This document shows, piece after piece, positions 10,345 to 18,686 of a DNA stretch of 64,000 nucleotides (positions are counted from its first letter, which is position 1; every line of letters begins with the position of its first letter). The position numbers and the translations under genes were made by a program. Where the stretch lies: NCBI GenBank assembly GCA_014237145.1, contig JAAXOC010000089.1:6324-70323 (forward strand), read 5' to 3'. Source of the stretch: ANME-2 cluster archaeon (GTDB lineage Archaea > Halobacteriota > Methanosarcinia > Methanosarcinales > Methanocomedenaceae). The notes under the pieces are model-generated. The model saw nothing but the letters and a program-made list of their open reading frames with translations, had not been told where the DNA came from and did not search any database.

Positions 10345-10479
10345 GTATCCATTTTAATAAGCATGGTATTTTGACCGGATTTACAGGATTTACAGGATGT
10401 TGACGTTGCGGTATATCCTGTCGATCCTGTTAATCCTGTCTAATAATTTTTAAATTAACCTTATATTTGAAGTGGATAC
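10345..10479. mobile_element. MITE with 8-bp target-site duplication
   Basis: Ends GTATCCATTTT.../...AAGTGGATAC flanked by CATTATTC at 10337-10344 and 10480-10487; internal ACAGGAT/ATCCTGT repeats. Confidence 0.75.
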
Positions 10480-10481
10480 CA

Positions 10482-11480
10482 TTATTCCACTATTCCAAGC
10501 TGCTCTTTTATCATCTTGATCTCATCCGCATCCGGATTCATTGGAAAATTGAACGTCTCATGGTGCGTCTCTGTGGCATACGGGCGGTTGCAGTCAGGGC
10601 ACCCTGTTGTCTTGAATGCATCCCCTACCTCCACATAGTGCAATATCCTGGCACGGGATATCCCGAAATCCACCACCTTCCCGTCCCTGAAGGTCATATC
10701 TTCAAAGGATGCCAACCCCTTGCGGATCAAGTATGCGCCTAACTGCACTGTGCGGTAGTGATTGACATTCAGGTTTGCAGGCACGTTCCGGGTTCCGGGC
10801 AGATGCGTATATGCGAACAGTGCTGAATAAACACCATCAGCGTGCAGTACATCTATTACCCCGAGCGCATCCCTGGCACTCTCTCCCATGCCGATGATAA
10901 GATGCGTGCCAACCGATCCCCTGCCAAAGATACGAACCGCGCGCCTGATACCGTCAAGGTGGGTATCCCAGTTATAGATACTATCTGCCTCTTTGCCTTT
11001 GATCCTACTGAACAGCTCAGGACTGCACGCATCCAGCGGGACCACCAGTTCATCAACTCCCATGCCCTTTAATGCAGCGTATTTTTCATCACTTAACGGA
11101 AATACGGATAGCGATATCGGGATCTGGCTTGTTTTTCGAATGCGGCTGATGAGGTACGTCGTATCCTGCCACATCTTAGCATACATTGCGGTCTGGATGC
11201 ACGCACGCATGAGGTAGCCGCGCTCGTATGCAATCCCCAGCCTTCGCACCACTTCGTCAAGGTCTGAAGGGATGTACTGTCCGCGTGCGATCTGTTTCAT
11301 ATCCCCATTAGCACCCGCCGCCTGCGAGCAGAAGCGACAGTTTGCCTGACAGCGCTTATCGGTGTATATCTGCAGATATGCGGTTGTAGGCGGCGCATCC
11401 ATTAGCACGAGTTCTATACCGAGCACTCCGAGCGTGCCAATGGAGGCGCGTACTTTTTTGGTGAGTGGTGAGGTTTGCAT
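10482..11480 (-). CDS. radical SAM protein, LipS2-like lipoyl synthase component
   Basis: CQANCRFC and TTGCPDCNRP, matching the LipS2 TxGCPxC[N/D]RP signature. Confidence 0.85.
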   Translation of the reverse strand: MQTSPLTKKVRASIGTLGVLGIELVLMDAPPTTAYLQIYTDKRCQANCRFCSQAAGANGDMKQIARGQYIPSDLDEVVRRLGIAYERGYLMRACIQTAMYAKMWQDTTYLISRIRKTSQIPISLSVFPLSDEKYAALKGMGVDELVVPLDACSPELFSRIKGKEADSIYNWDTHLDGIRRAVRIFGRGSVGTHLIIGMGESARDALGVIDVLHADGVYSALFAYTHLPGTRNVPANLNVNHYRTVQLGAYLIRKGLASFEDMTFRDGKVVDFGISRARILHYVEVGDAFKTTGCPDCNRPYATETHHETFNFPMNPDADEIKMIKEQLGIVE

Positions 11481-11678
11481 AATGGATCACTGGATTGGTT
11501 GATGATCGGTTGATTAAAAATTATTTTACTTTCAAATATTTTATAAAGTTTTTGACTGCAGATGGATGTAAGATGTCACGAAGCCTGGATTTTGCTAACG
11601 TTCATATCCGGGGCATCTCAAGGGGCATGAGGTTTACAGTAAAAAAGGTAACATATTATGAAGACATATGTTCAGTGT

Positions 11679-12047
11679 TTAGTTTATATCTGTGGCTACA
11701 CGGTCATTAATCTCAATAGAATTAGTTAAATTTTTTACAATTTCTTTACTTTTAATAATATTTAATTGTGCTAGTTTTTTCACTATCATTCTTTTATTTA
11801 AGGTAAATATTTTTGTTGGCTTTACTCTGCTTTCATAATACAAATTACCGCTGTCTAAATCTTCATTTACAATCTTTACACTCTGATCATAATTTCTTGG
11901 ATTGCTTGTAATAGCACAACAAATTACATCTTCATTATTTGAATTATATTCATGATTTGAAATAATTATACTGGGTCTTCTTTTCGTTTGTGACAGATCT
12001 GAAAAAGGAAATGGAATTAGAATTATATCCCCTTGGTTAACATTCAT
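11679..12047 (-). CDS. PemK/MazF family toxin
   Basis: QGDIILIPFPFSDLSQTKRRP...CAITS; start taken at the second Met. Confidence 0.88.
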   Translation of the reverse strand: MNVNQGDIILIPFPFSDLSQTKRRPSIIISNHEYNSNNEDVICCAITSNPRNYDQSVKIVNEDLDSGNLYYESRVKPTKIFTLNKRMIVKKLAQLNIIKSKEIVKNLTNSIEINDRVATDIN

Positions 12048-12309
12048 TCCACTGGTTATCGTATTCATTATCCCAAAATTTAATTAATGCGTTCTCTGCG
12101 ATTGGTGATTTCTCGTTTTCTAAATGTTCTACTTTCTCTTTTAATTTCGTTATTTCAGAAAATAAAAATGGAATAATATCTTCTTTATCGAATGATATCT
12201 TTACAGTTACTTTATATTCTTTCGTAACTTCATAAGATATCTCATTGTCCACTTTGCTATTATCGATAAATAAAGTCTCTGGATTTAATGTTTTAGCAAG
12301 ACTCATCAA
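12037..12309 (-). CDS. putative antitoxin partner of MazF
   Basis: Overlaps the mazF start; acidic/Trp C-terminus (LIKFWDNEYDNQW) typical of archaeal MazF-associated antitoxins. Confidence 0.55.
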   Translation of the reverse strand: MMSLAKTLNPETLFIDNSKVDNEISYEVTKEYKVTVKISFDKEDIIPFLFSEITKLKEKVEHLENEKSPIAENALIKFWDNEYDNQWNEC

Positions 12310-12580
12310 AATCCTCCTCCATGAACTTTATGAAAAATTCCATTATATCGCTGTTTTGGGATTCAATGTGTAATTGTTGTTTTTTGATTTCTTCACTGGT
12401 GTGGTGCGATAATATAATTGGAATTCCTTTTTTTTCACCATCAATTTTTATTTCGTTAATAAATACAACGGCTATCGGAAAAATTTTTGTCTCAAATTTG
12501 GAAATTCTCTCAAGAAATTCTTTTTTAAATATTGAATTTAACAATTTGTTTTCAATTAAGACCTTTTCAGCTTTTGCCAT
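12293..12580 (-). CDS. hypothetical protein (AT-rich insert)
   Basis: ORF overlapping the putative antitoxin, same strand. Confidence 0.45.
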   Translation of the reverse strand: MAKAEKVLIENKLLNSIFKKEFLERISKFETKIFPIAVVFINEIKIDGEKKGIPIILSHHTSEEIKKQQLHIESQNSDIMEFFIKFMEEDFDESC

Positions 12581-12638
12581 TCTAGTTTGTTTTGTTATTA
12601 AGTTATATAAAATTATATGAAATTCAAGCAGGAAACTG

Positions 12639-13613
12639 TCATTTCAAATGTAAATCCCCATCTATGCGGGTCGAATCCTGCGGCAGGACACCGCAGCAGG
12701 TGCCGAAATACTCGATCCCGTACCCTTCTGCATGTGCATATTTGACAAAGCTGCGCGTGGGAAGTGCAACATTAAAAACACCGCTCTCAAGTGCAATCCG
12801 TTCTATCAGTTCGCGGTCGCGCCCGCTCGAATGGGCGCAGCCGAGTGTTATCGGGATATCAGGGAACAGTTCGCAGGCCCGGCAGAAGACCTCTGCAAAG
12901 TCGTACGGGTCGGGTTTAACCGATGACATTGCTGTGCCTGCAACCGACATGAGTCCTGTTATTACGACCGTGGTCGCTTTGATGTGCCGGATGAGTTCCA
13001 GCGCACGAAGTTCCCCGCACATCTTACCAAAATCAAGACCCACGCACACATGCGGGAAGATATTGATCCCGGCATCGGAAATAGCCTGAAGGCTTTTTAA
13101 GTAGTCATCCTCGGTAACGTCCAGGCCGTACACCCGCCGCACAGTACCGGCATTCCCGACCACATCGAATGCGATGCCGTCAAGACCGCTGTCCTTTAAA
13201 GCGCGCGCTTCGTCAGGTGTAATGAATCCGGTGTGAGCGATCACGATCAGGTCGGTCTGCTGCTTGATACTTTTGATGTATTGGGCCGCAGCCGCTGTGG
13301 GGACTTTTCCTTTTGTGTCGCACCCGCCTGTTATGAGCATACCTTTGGCACCGTTGTTTGCAAGACTGCGTGCAATCTGCTCTAGCCTTTCAGGCGGACC
13401 CACAGGGATCAGGCGGGAGAGCAGCCTGCCGCCGCAGTGCTTGCAGTTCAACTGGCACCTGCTGCCTGTGAGTGATATGGAAGGAAAGTTGTTCGATGTG
13501 ATGAAGATGTTGAGTTTACTACCTGACTTTACAAGGGACTGCTGTTTAGATTTACGCATACGCTTCTGGATAGCAGGGTCAAGCGTATCAATGTCAGGGT
13601 TCAGGCTGCTCAT
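12639..13613 (-). CDS. radical SAM protein, second LipS1-like paralogue
   Basis: CQLNCKHC, LGCAH, C-terminal TCCG; visibly homologous to 9340-10323. Confidence 0.8.
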   Translation of the reverse strand: MSSLNPDIDTLDPAIQKRMRKSKQQSLVKSGSKLNIFITSNNFPSISLTGSRCQLNCKHCGGRLLSRLIPVGPPERLEQIARSLANNGAKGMLITGGCDTKGKVPTAAAAQYIKSIKQQTDLIVIAHTGFITPDEARALKDSGLDGIAFDVVGNAGTVRRVYGLDVTEDDYLKSLQAISDAGINIFPHVCVGLDFGKMCGELRALELIRHIKATTVVITGLMSVAGTAMSSVKPDPYDFAEVFCRACELFPDIPITLGCAHSSGRDRELIERIALESGVFNVALPTRSFVKYAHAEGYGIEYFGTCCGVLPQDSTRIDGDLHLK

Positions 13614-13634
13614 ATCCGGATGCTGCCGCTGTTC

Positions 13635-13925
13635 TTACGATTCGACTGCCTGCATGATGGATGTCGTGAAGTCTTCGGGAGCAGTCCCGGGTGCTGTTAT
13701 ACCTTCGGATTCATAGACCGAGCGCACGGCAAAGAGTACGGAATCAGAAGTGGCGTTGGCACCTTTTAAGGATTGTGCGATCTGTTCGATTGCGGTTTCG
13801 GGAAAAAGGAAGAAGTCTCCTGAAAATGCGATGTCTTCGATTTGGTTGCCTTCTAACTTGACGAATGCGCGGATGAGACCGCCTTTGGATTTGTGTCTGC
13901 CCTCTTTGTATCCTTCGTAGCTCAT
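13635..13925 (-). CDS. lipoate-protein ligase C-terminal accessory domain (LplB-like)
   Basis: KSKGGLIR...IAFSGDFFLFPE motif; GGAGG RBS. Confidence 0.85.
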   Translation of the reverse strand: MSYEGYKEGRHKSKGGLIRAFVKLEGNQIEDIAFSGDFFLFPETAIEQIAQSLKGANATSDSVLFAVRSVYESEGITAPGTAPEDFTTSIMQAVES

Positions 13926-13970
13926 GGTGTGCCTCCGGAGTTGTTGTAGTTCAATTATGGTTATGCTATT

Positions 13971-14153
13971 TTAATGTACTTGCGGTTTGTTTCTCTGCCT
14001 CCGCCTCTTATCCTCCATCCTGTAGATCAAGTCCCTGCTCCTGTGCTTTTCATTCAAACGCTGCGGCAGTTCGATCTCCGCCCCCGTCAGCACACTGCGC
14101 CGCGCCTCTACCCCGAGCGCATCCTCAAATCCGCGTTTCAAAATCCCTTTCAC
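13971..14153 (-). pseudogene. 3' remnant of a lipoate-protein ligase A gene
   Basis: ILKRGFEDALGVE...LTGAEIEL...DLIYR resembles the C-terminus of the ligase at 6637-7383 (FGEIFGVE...EKWNYR); the 5' part is missing. Confidence 0.65.
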
Positions 14154-14390
14154 ACGATTTTCTTGATAAATAATTTGACAATGTGCATTTTAAGAAACAT
14201 TATGTGATGATGAATTTGATTTTGACCCCCCATCTACTGGTGGATATAGCATTTCCGGTGATTTTCCTCGCAAAATTCAAAATATATTAATTCATTGATA
14301 TGTATTTAAAACATTTTATACTTTCTGCATACTTAATGCAAGACTAAAAATTCAATAAGTAAGATCAAAAAAATGCGGTTGGAAACAAAA

Positions 14391-14608
14391 CGGGAATTGC
14401 TGGCAGCTGCACGCCTTTTGCCACGGGCTCATCACCCATGATGTCAGCTAATATCTTGAGATCCTCGAACCTGCCATTGGTACAGGAACCCACATCCCCG
14501 ATCAGGTGCAGGATGAGATCCTTACTGTACACCTTATCAGGCAGGCGCCTGTTCACCTTGAACCACAGCCTTCCTGTGGAAAAAGCACCAAGTGAACCGT
14601 ATGTGCAG
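14391..14608 (-). pseudogene. collapsed duplicate fragment of leuC/hacA
   Basis: Four segments match 17372-17990 of the intact gene, joined across 39-, 24- and 339-bp deletions. Confidence 0.85.
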
Positions 14609-14642
14609 TTTTGAACGTTTCAATTCAGGCGCAATTTGATGA

Positions 14643-14990
14643 TCATTCAAACTCTATAATAGCTTTTTTTGCACCGATCGGAGTTATTGAAGCCTGCGTA
14701 CCCTTTTCAATATGATACGACTCTCGAAGCTCCTTTGGGAGCCGTAACAGTAGTACTTGTCCATTCTCGCTTATTTTTCTTTTGTATGAAACATGCCCTC
14801 TGGGTGCAATGCCAAGCACTGATTTTAGTCCTTTCTCTATTTTGTGTATGGAATCCGGATGATTGAAGTATATATTTCTTCCCGTACTTTTGTGCTTTCT
14901 TACAAGAACGTCTGTAAAAACTATAGGAATGCCATAGTTCTCTATTACAACATCTTCGTATACTTCCTCAAACTCGTCATTATTTTCCAT
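14643..14990 (-). CDS. AbrB/MazE-domain antitoxin-like protein
   Basis: C-terminal RKISENGQVLLLRLPKELRESYHIEKG AbrB pattern. Confidence 0.6.
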   Translation of the reverse strand: MENNDEFEEVYEDVVIENYGIPIVFTDVLVRKHKSTGRNIYFNHPDSIHKIEKGLKSVLGIAPRGHVSYKRKISENGQVLLLRLPKELRESYHIEKGTQASITPIGAKKAIIEFE

Positions 14991-15002
14991 ATTTTCACTT
15001 CC

Positions 15003-15371
15003 GTAATGTACGTTTTTTCTTTCGATTGAGCAAAGTTATCACAACAATAAGACCTTGATCTGACTTTTCGATGCCTATAATACATGATAGATATGCTCAT
15101 TAAATTCCGATTCGCATAGGTATCTTGTTGGAAAATATTCAGTATCATGCAGTTCTTTTCTTTTTATCTCGGGATTTATCAAAATCTGCTTTATAAACTC
15201 AAATAACTGAAAAGGGTTTATATCCCATCTATCATATGCCCTGTTGTTTTTATAGATATGTTCATCAATACCGATGCGTTCTTCAGATGCTAATTTTTTT
15301 ATGAGCTCCCGGATTTGCTTCTTTTCTTCAGTATCCAGATGTACTATATTGTACGATTCGCCCTTAAGCAT
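15003..15371 (-). pseudogene. putative DUF4258/RelE-like toxin, frameshifted near 15080
   Basis: ORF stops at YHVL; the shifted frame continues IGIEKSDQGLIVVIT; lies directly upstream of the AbrB gene. Confidence 0.4.
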
Positions 15372-15417
15372 CGTACAAAAAAGGTAGTTTTTAGTATTTA
15401 AAAATGCGCCTGAATTT

Positions 15418-15521
15418 GGACTTGGGACAAAAATGCCGACACATAGCGGTAGTTTTTTGCGATAAATCTGTCAAAAAAAGCCGCAACGTATTGGATCCAA
15501 AAATAATTTTGTCCAAAGGCC
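15418..15521. mobile_element. small MITE with 9-bp target-site duplication
   Basis: CCTGAATTT at 15409-15417 and 15522-15530 flank the imperfect IR GGACTTGGGACAAAA / TTTTGTCCAAAGGCC. Confidence 0.65.
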
Positions 15522-15662
15522 CCTGAATTTCAATTTGAAGATTGTTATTTTGGCTTCTCATAACCTTTCAGAGCATGAATCTACCATCTAAAGTCAACGA
15601 CCTTGGACTTCCGCTTCGCTTTGTCCCGGGCATCCGAGCAGATTCTCATAAATTATAATAAT

Positions 15663-16391
15663 TTATTGGAATTTAACATCATTGAAAGATTCAGGTGGTC
15701 CAATATCATTCAATCCAAGATCAATTCTATTTGTTCTTTCACCCTTCTCGAAAATAACCTCAATTATCACAAGACGATTCTGATCGATGTTTTTATTTTT
15801 GCGAAGCTTATTTGTTATTTCTGAAATTCTCTTAATCCGTTCATTTCGGTATCCAGATGTTTTTCTATAGAATGAATGAACAATAAAGTAAAGTAGGAAA
15901 TACTTATTTGGCACTGCTTTTTTTAGTTTCCATAAGTCTTTTTCTAAATGCTTTACTGCCGTTTTTGCTTGTTGGGTGCTCCTATTTAGAAAATATTCTC
16001 GTGAATTGAGGTTCATAAGCCCTTCATCGATAAACTTACCAAGAAACATCTCTAGTCCAAATATAGGCTCCTCTTGATTTCCATTCAACATCGTAATAGC
16101 TAGATCAATGTATGCAGTTTTATTTTTCTTCTCTTGTCCGTCTCCATATTCATCCCCCTTTACTTGAACAGGATATTCTCGGCGGATATGGATGGGACCT
16201 TTGGGATTTTTTTTCTTTAAACATTCTTGAAGCTTAAAATGAATGTCTTTTTCATTAAAATATTTAAAAGGATCTTTAATAAAACAACATTCAATTTCAT
16301 ATATACATTGTTTCATTGTATCAAAAATTTCACTCTGTTTCGGTGGCATATTTTCAATTCCAAAATGCTTTTTTTTATATGACTTTTTCAT
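15663..16391 (-). CDS. hypothetical protein, possible PD-(D/E)xK nuclease fold
   Basis: NEKDIHFKL, IRREYP, YIDLAI, GLEM spacing; AT-rich. Confidence 0.45.
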   Translation of the reverse strand: MKKSYKKKHFGIENMPPKQSEIFDTMKQCIYEIECCFIKDPFKYFNEKDIHFKLQECLKKKNPKGPIHIRREYPVQVKGDEYGDGQEKKNKTAYIDLAITMLNGNQEEPIFGLEMFLGKFIDEGLMNLNSREYFLNRSTQQAKTAVKHLEKDLWKLKKAVPNKYFLLYFIVHSFYRKTSGYRNERIKRISEITNKLRKNKNIDQNRLVIIEVIFEKGERTNRIDLGLNDIGPPESFNDVKFQ

Positions 16392-16435
16392 ATCATTAAA
16401 TTTATTAATTCTGAGTTGCTTGATTTTTCTGATTT

Positions 16436-16732
16436 CTATTTACTACTTCTTCCGTAACTTCCAGTACTAAAGCCAATATTCTTAAAAAAAAGTTCTATTT
16501 GAGAAGTTGATAAATCTTGCTGTATTATTCCAAATGGACCTAATATTTCTTTCCAAACCCATTTTATAGGAAGTCGCTTTCCTTCTAAAGTCTCAACATA
16601 AGCTTTCATCGCCCTCATTCCTGGTGTTTTCCAATTTTTTTCATCTTCAATCCATATTGGGAAATCAGACATTCTCATTAGATGCTTTAACACCTTATTC
16701 CATTCTTGAGTGTATCCGTTTATTCTACTCAT
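16436..16732 (-). CDS. hypothetical protein
   Basis: ORF with GGAG RBS, co-oriented with 15663-16391. Confidence 0.5.
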   Translation of the reverse strand: MSRINGYTQEWNKVLKHLMRMSDFPIWIEDEKNWKTPGMRAMKAYVETLEGKRLPIKWVWKEILGPFGIIQQDLSTSQIELFFKNIGFSTGSYGRSSK

Positions 16733-17101
16733 TTATATTTCTCCAAATTATAGGCATAACGAAATTATAAAATATAATGCATAGATATTGAATTACATAA
16801 AATTTCATAGCCTATAATCTATTATGAAGCTAATGCCGTAAATATTTATCGGCTCTCAAATATTTTATAAAAATAGTTAATGCTATTGAATATTTTAATT
16901 ATTTATTGCCTATAATAATAGGTATATACTCAATTTAATCTTTTACAATTATCTAAACAGAAATCCTCCATCCTGCAGTCACTATACCCTTGACTTAACT
17001 ACCGTATGCCTGTACAAAATACCTGCCGCCCGTTTTTCCATTTCGTCCGTTAATACAGATTTTCATAATTTCCCCCTAACTATGAAACCACCAGCACCCA
17101 G

Positions 17102-18379
17102 TCACCCCTTTCTCGGGTCAGTAATCTCGCCCGTAAGTGCAGACGCCGCTGCAGTGGCCGGAGAAGAAAGATACACAAAAGCTTTGGCACTGCCCTGCCT
17201 GCCCTGGAAATTACGGTTAGACGTGGCAAGCCCTACCTCGCCGTCACCCAGCAGCCCGAAACTGCCGCCCATACAGGGTCCGCAGCAGGGACTCTCAACA
17301 ATTGCGCCAGCCTCCATGAACTGCTCGACCAGTCCAGCACGCAGCACCTTCATATACTCGGTGCGGGACGCCGGGATGACCAGCAGCCGCACACCTTTTG
17401 CCACAGGCTCATCACCCATGATGTCGGCTGCGATCTTGATATCCTCGAACCTGCCATTGGTGCAGGAACCCAGAAGTACCTGGTCGATATGGGTGCCCTC
17501 CACTTCCTCCACAGATTTCACATTGTCCACATTATGGGGACATGCCACCTGGGGCGGCAGGTCTGAGATGTCATATTCACGGAACTCGGCATATCCGCAC
17601 CCCTCATCGCTCTTCCAGTTGGAGTCAAGAGTGAAGCCGGGAATGCGTTCTTTCAGGTAATCTTCAGTAGTAGCGTCTGGCTCGATAATACCAGCCTTGC
17701 CGCCCATCTCAATTGCCATGTTGCTGATGGTCATGCGCTGGCTGATATCCAGGCTCATTATTGCCTTGCCGCCATACTCTGCCGCCATATACATAGCACC
17801 ATCGGCACCCACATCCCCTATCAGGTGCAGGATGATATCCTTGCTGTACACCTTATCAGGCAGACGTCCGTTCACCTCGAACCTGATGGTCTGCGGCACC
17901 TTGAACCACAGCTTGCCTGTAGCGAAAACCGCAGCCATGTCCGTACTTCCTATGCCTGTGGAAAATGCTCCCAGCGAGCCGTAAGCACAGGTATGACTGT
18001 CACTGCCCACCACAAGGTCACCGGGTTTGGCCCAGCCCTTTTCCGGCACAACCTGGTGGCACACACCCTCAAAGACGTCATAGTTGGTGATGCCCTGTTC
18101 GGATGCGAACTTTCTAAGCATGATATGGTTCTCTGCCGCATTCAGCGAATCGGCAGGTACCTGGTGGTCGAACAGGATCACGATCTTGTCAGGGTCCCAG
18201 ACCTTTGGCTCGGCTTTGTCCTTCATGATCTCCTTGAAACCCTGCACAGCCAGAGGTCCGGTGATATCGTGGGTCATAGCGCAGTCAATGTCTGCCATAA
18301 CAAATTCGCCGGCCCTGACTGGCCTGCCTGAAGCTTTTGAAAAGATCTTTTCTGTAATAGTGAGATTATCAGTAGTCAT
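17102..18379 (-). CDS. leuC: 3-isopropylmalate dehydratase / homoaconitase large subunit
   Basis: GSDSHT, GSCTNGR, CGPCMG, SNRNF motifs (LeuC and HacA cannot be distinguished here). Confidence 0.9.
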   Translation of the reverse strand: MTTDNLTITEKIFSKASGRPVRAGEFVMADIDCAMTHDITGPLAVQGFKEIMKDKAEPKVWDPDKIVILFDHQVPADSLNAAENHIMLRKFASEQGITNYDVFEGVCHQVVPEKGWAKPGDLVVGSDSHTCAYGSLGAFSTGIGSTDMAAVFATGKLWFKVPQTIRFEVNGRLPDKVYSKDIILHLIGDVGADGAMYMAAEYGGKAIMSLDISQRMTISNMAIEMGGKAGIIEPDATTEDYLKERIPGFTLDSNWKSDEGCGYAEFREYDISDLPPQVACPHNVDNVKSVEEVEGTHIDQVLLGSCTNGRFEDIKIAADIMGDEPVAKGVRLLVIPASRTEYMKVLRAGLVEQFMEAGAIVESPCCGPCMGGSFGLLGDGEVGLATSNRNFQGRQGSAKAFVYLSSPATAAASALTGEITDPRKG

Positions 18380-18431
18380 AGGATGAATATATAGGGGCGG
18401 AAATATAATAAAATTATTGCAGCACGGTTGA

Positions 18432-18674
18432 TCATGACTCTCTTTTCACGATCTTCCTTACCTTTCGTCCCTTGAAATTAATGCCGCCTACCAGTTTGAC
18501 GCCTGGTTTTTTCTTGATGATATCCACATGGGCACTATCGAAACTGGCAATGATACTACGTTTCACAACCATATTGACATTCCCGCCTAAACTTGTAAGT
18601 GTTTTAAGAATATGTTCCACTTCAGTAGGAGAAATACTATCATTAAGGCTGATCAAATAGGTTTCAAAAACCAT
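18432..18674 (-). CDS. small protein resembling peptidase inhibitor I9 / subtilisin propeptide
   Basis: 80 aa, ETYLISL...GG.V....IIASF....[10 protein letters not shown] ferredoxin-like pattern; last gene of the PASTA operon. Confidence 0.5.
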   Translation of the reverse strand: MVFETYLISLNDSISPTEVEHILKTLTSLGGNVNMVVKRSIIASFDSAHVDIIKKKPGVKLVGGINFKGRKVRKIVKRES

Positions 18675-18686
18675 GGTTTATGTATC

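Noticed and set aside
9340..13613. biotin synthase (bioB) or classical lipA calls for the radical SAM genes
   Set aside because: No LipA CX4CX5C motif; the C-terminal motifs and context match LipS1/LipS2
14600..16800. integron cassette array
   Set aside because: No convincing paired RYYYAAC/GTTRRRY attC sites and no integrase in the window
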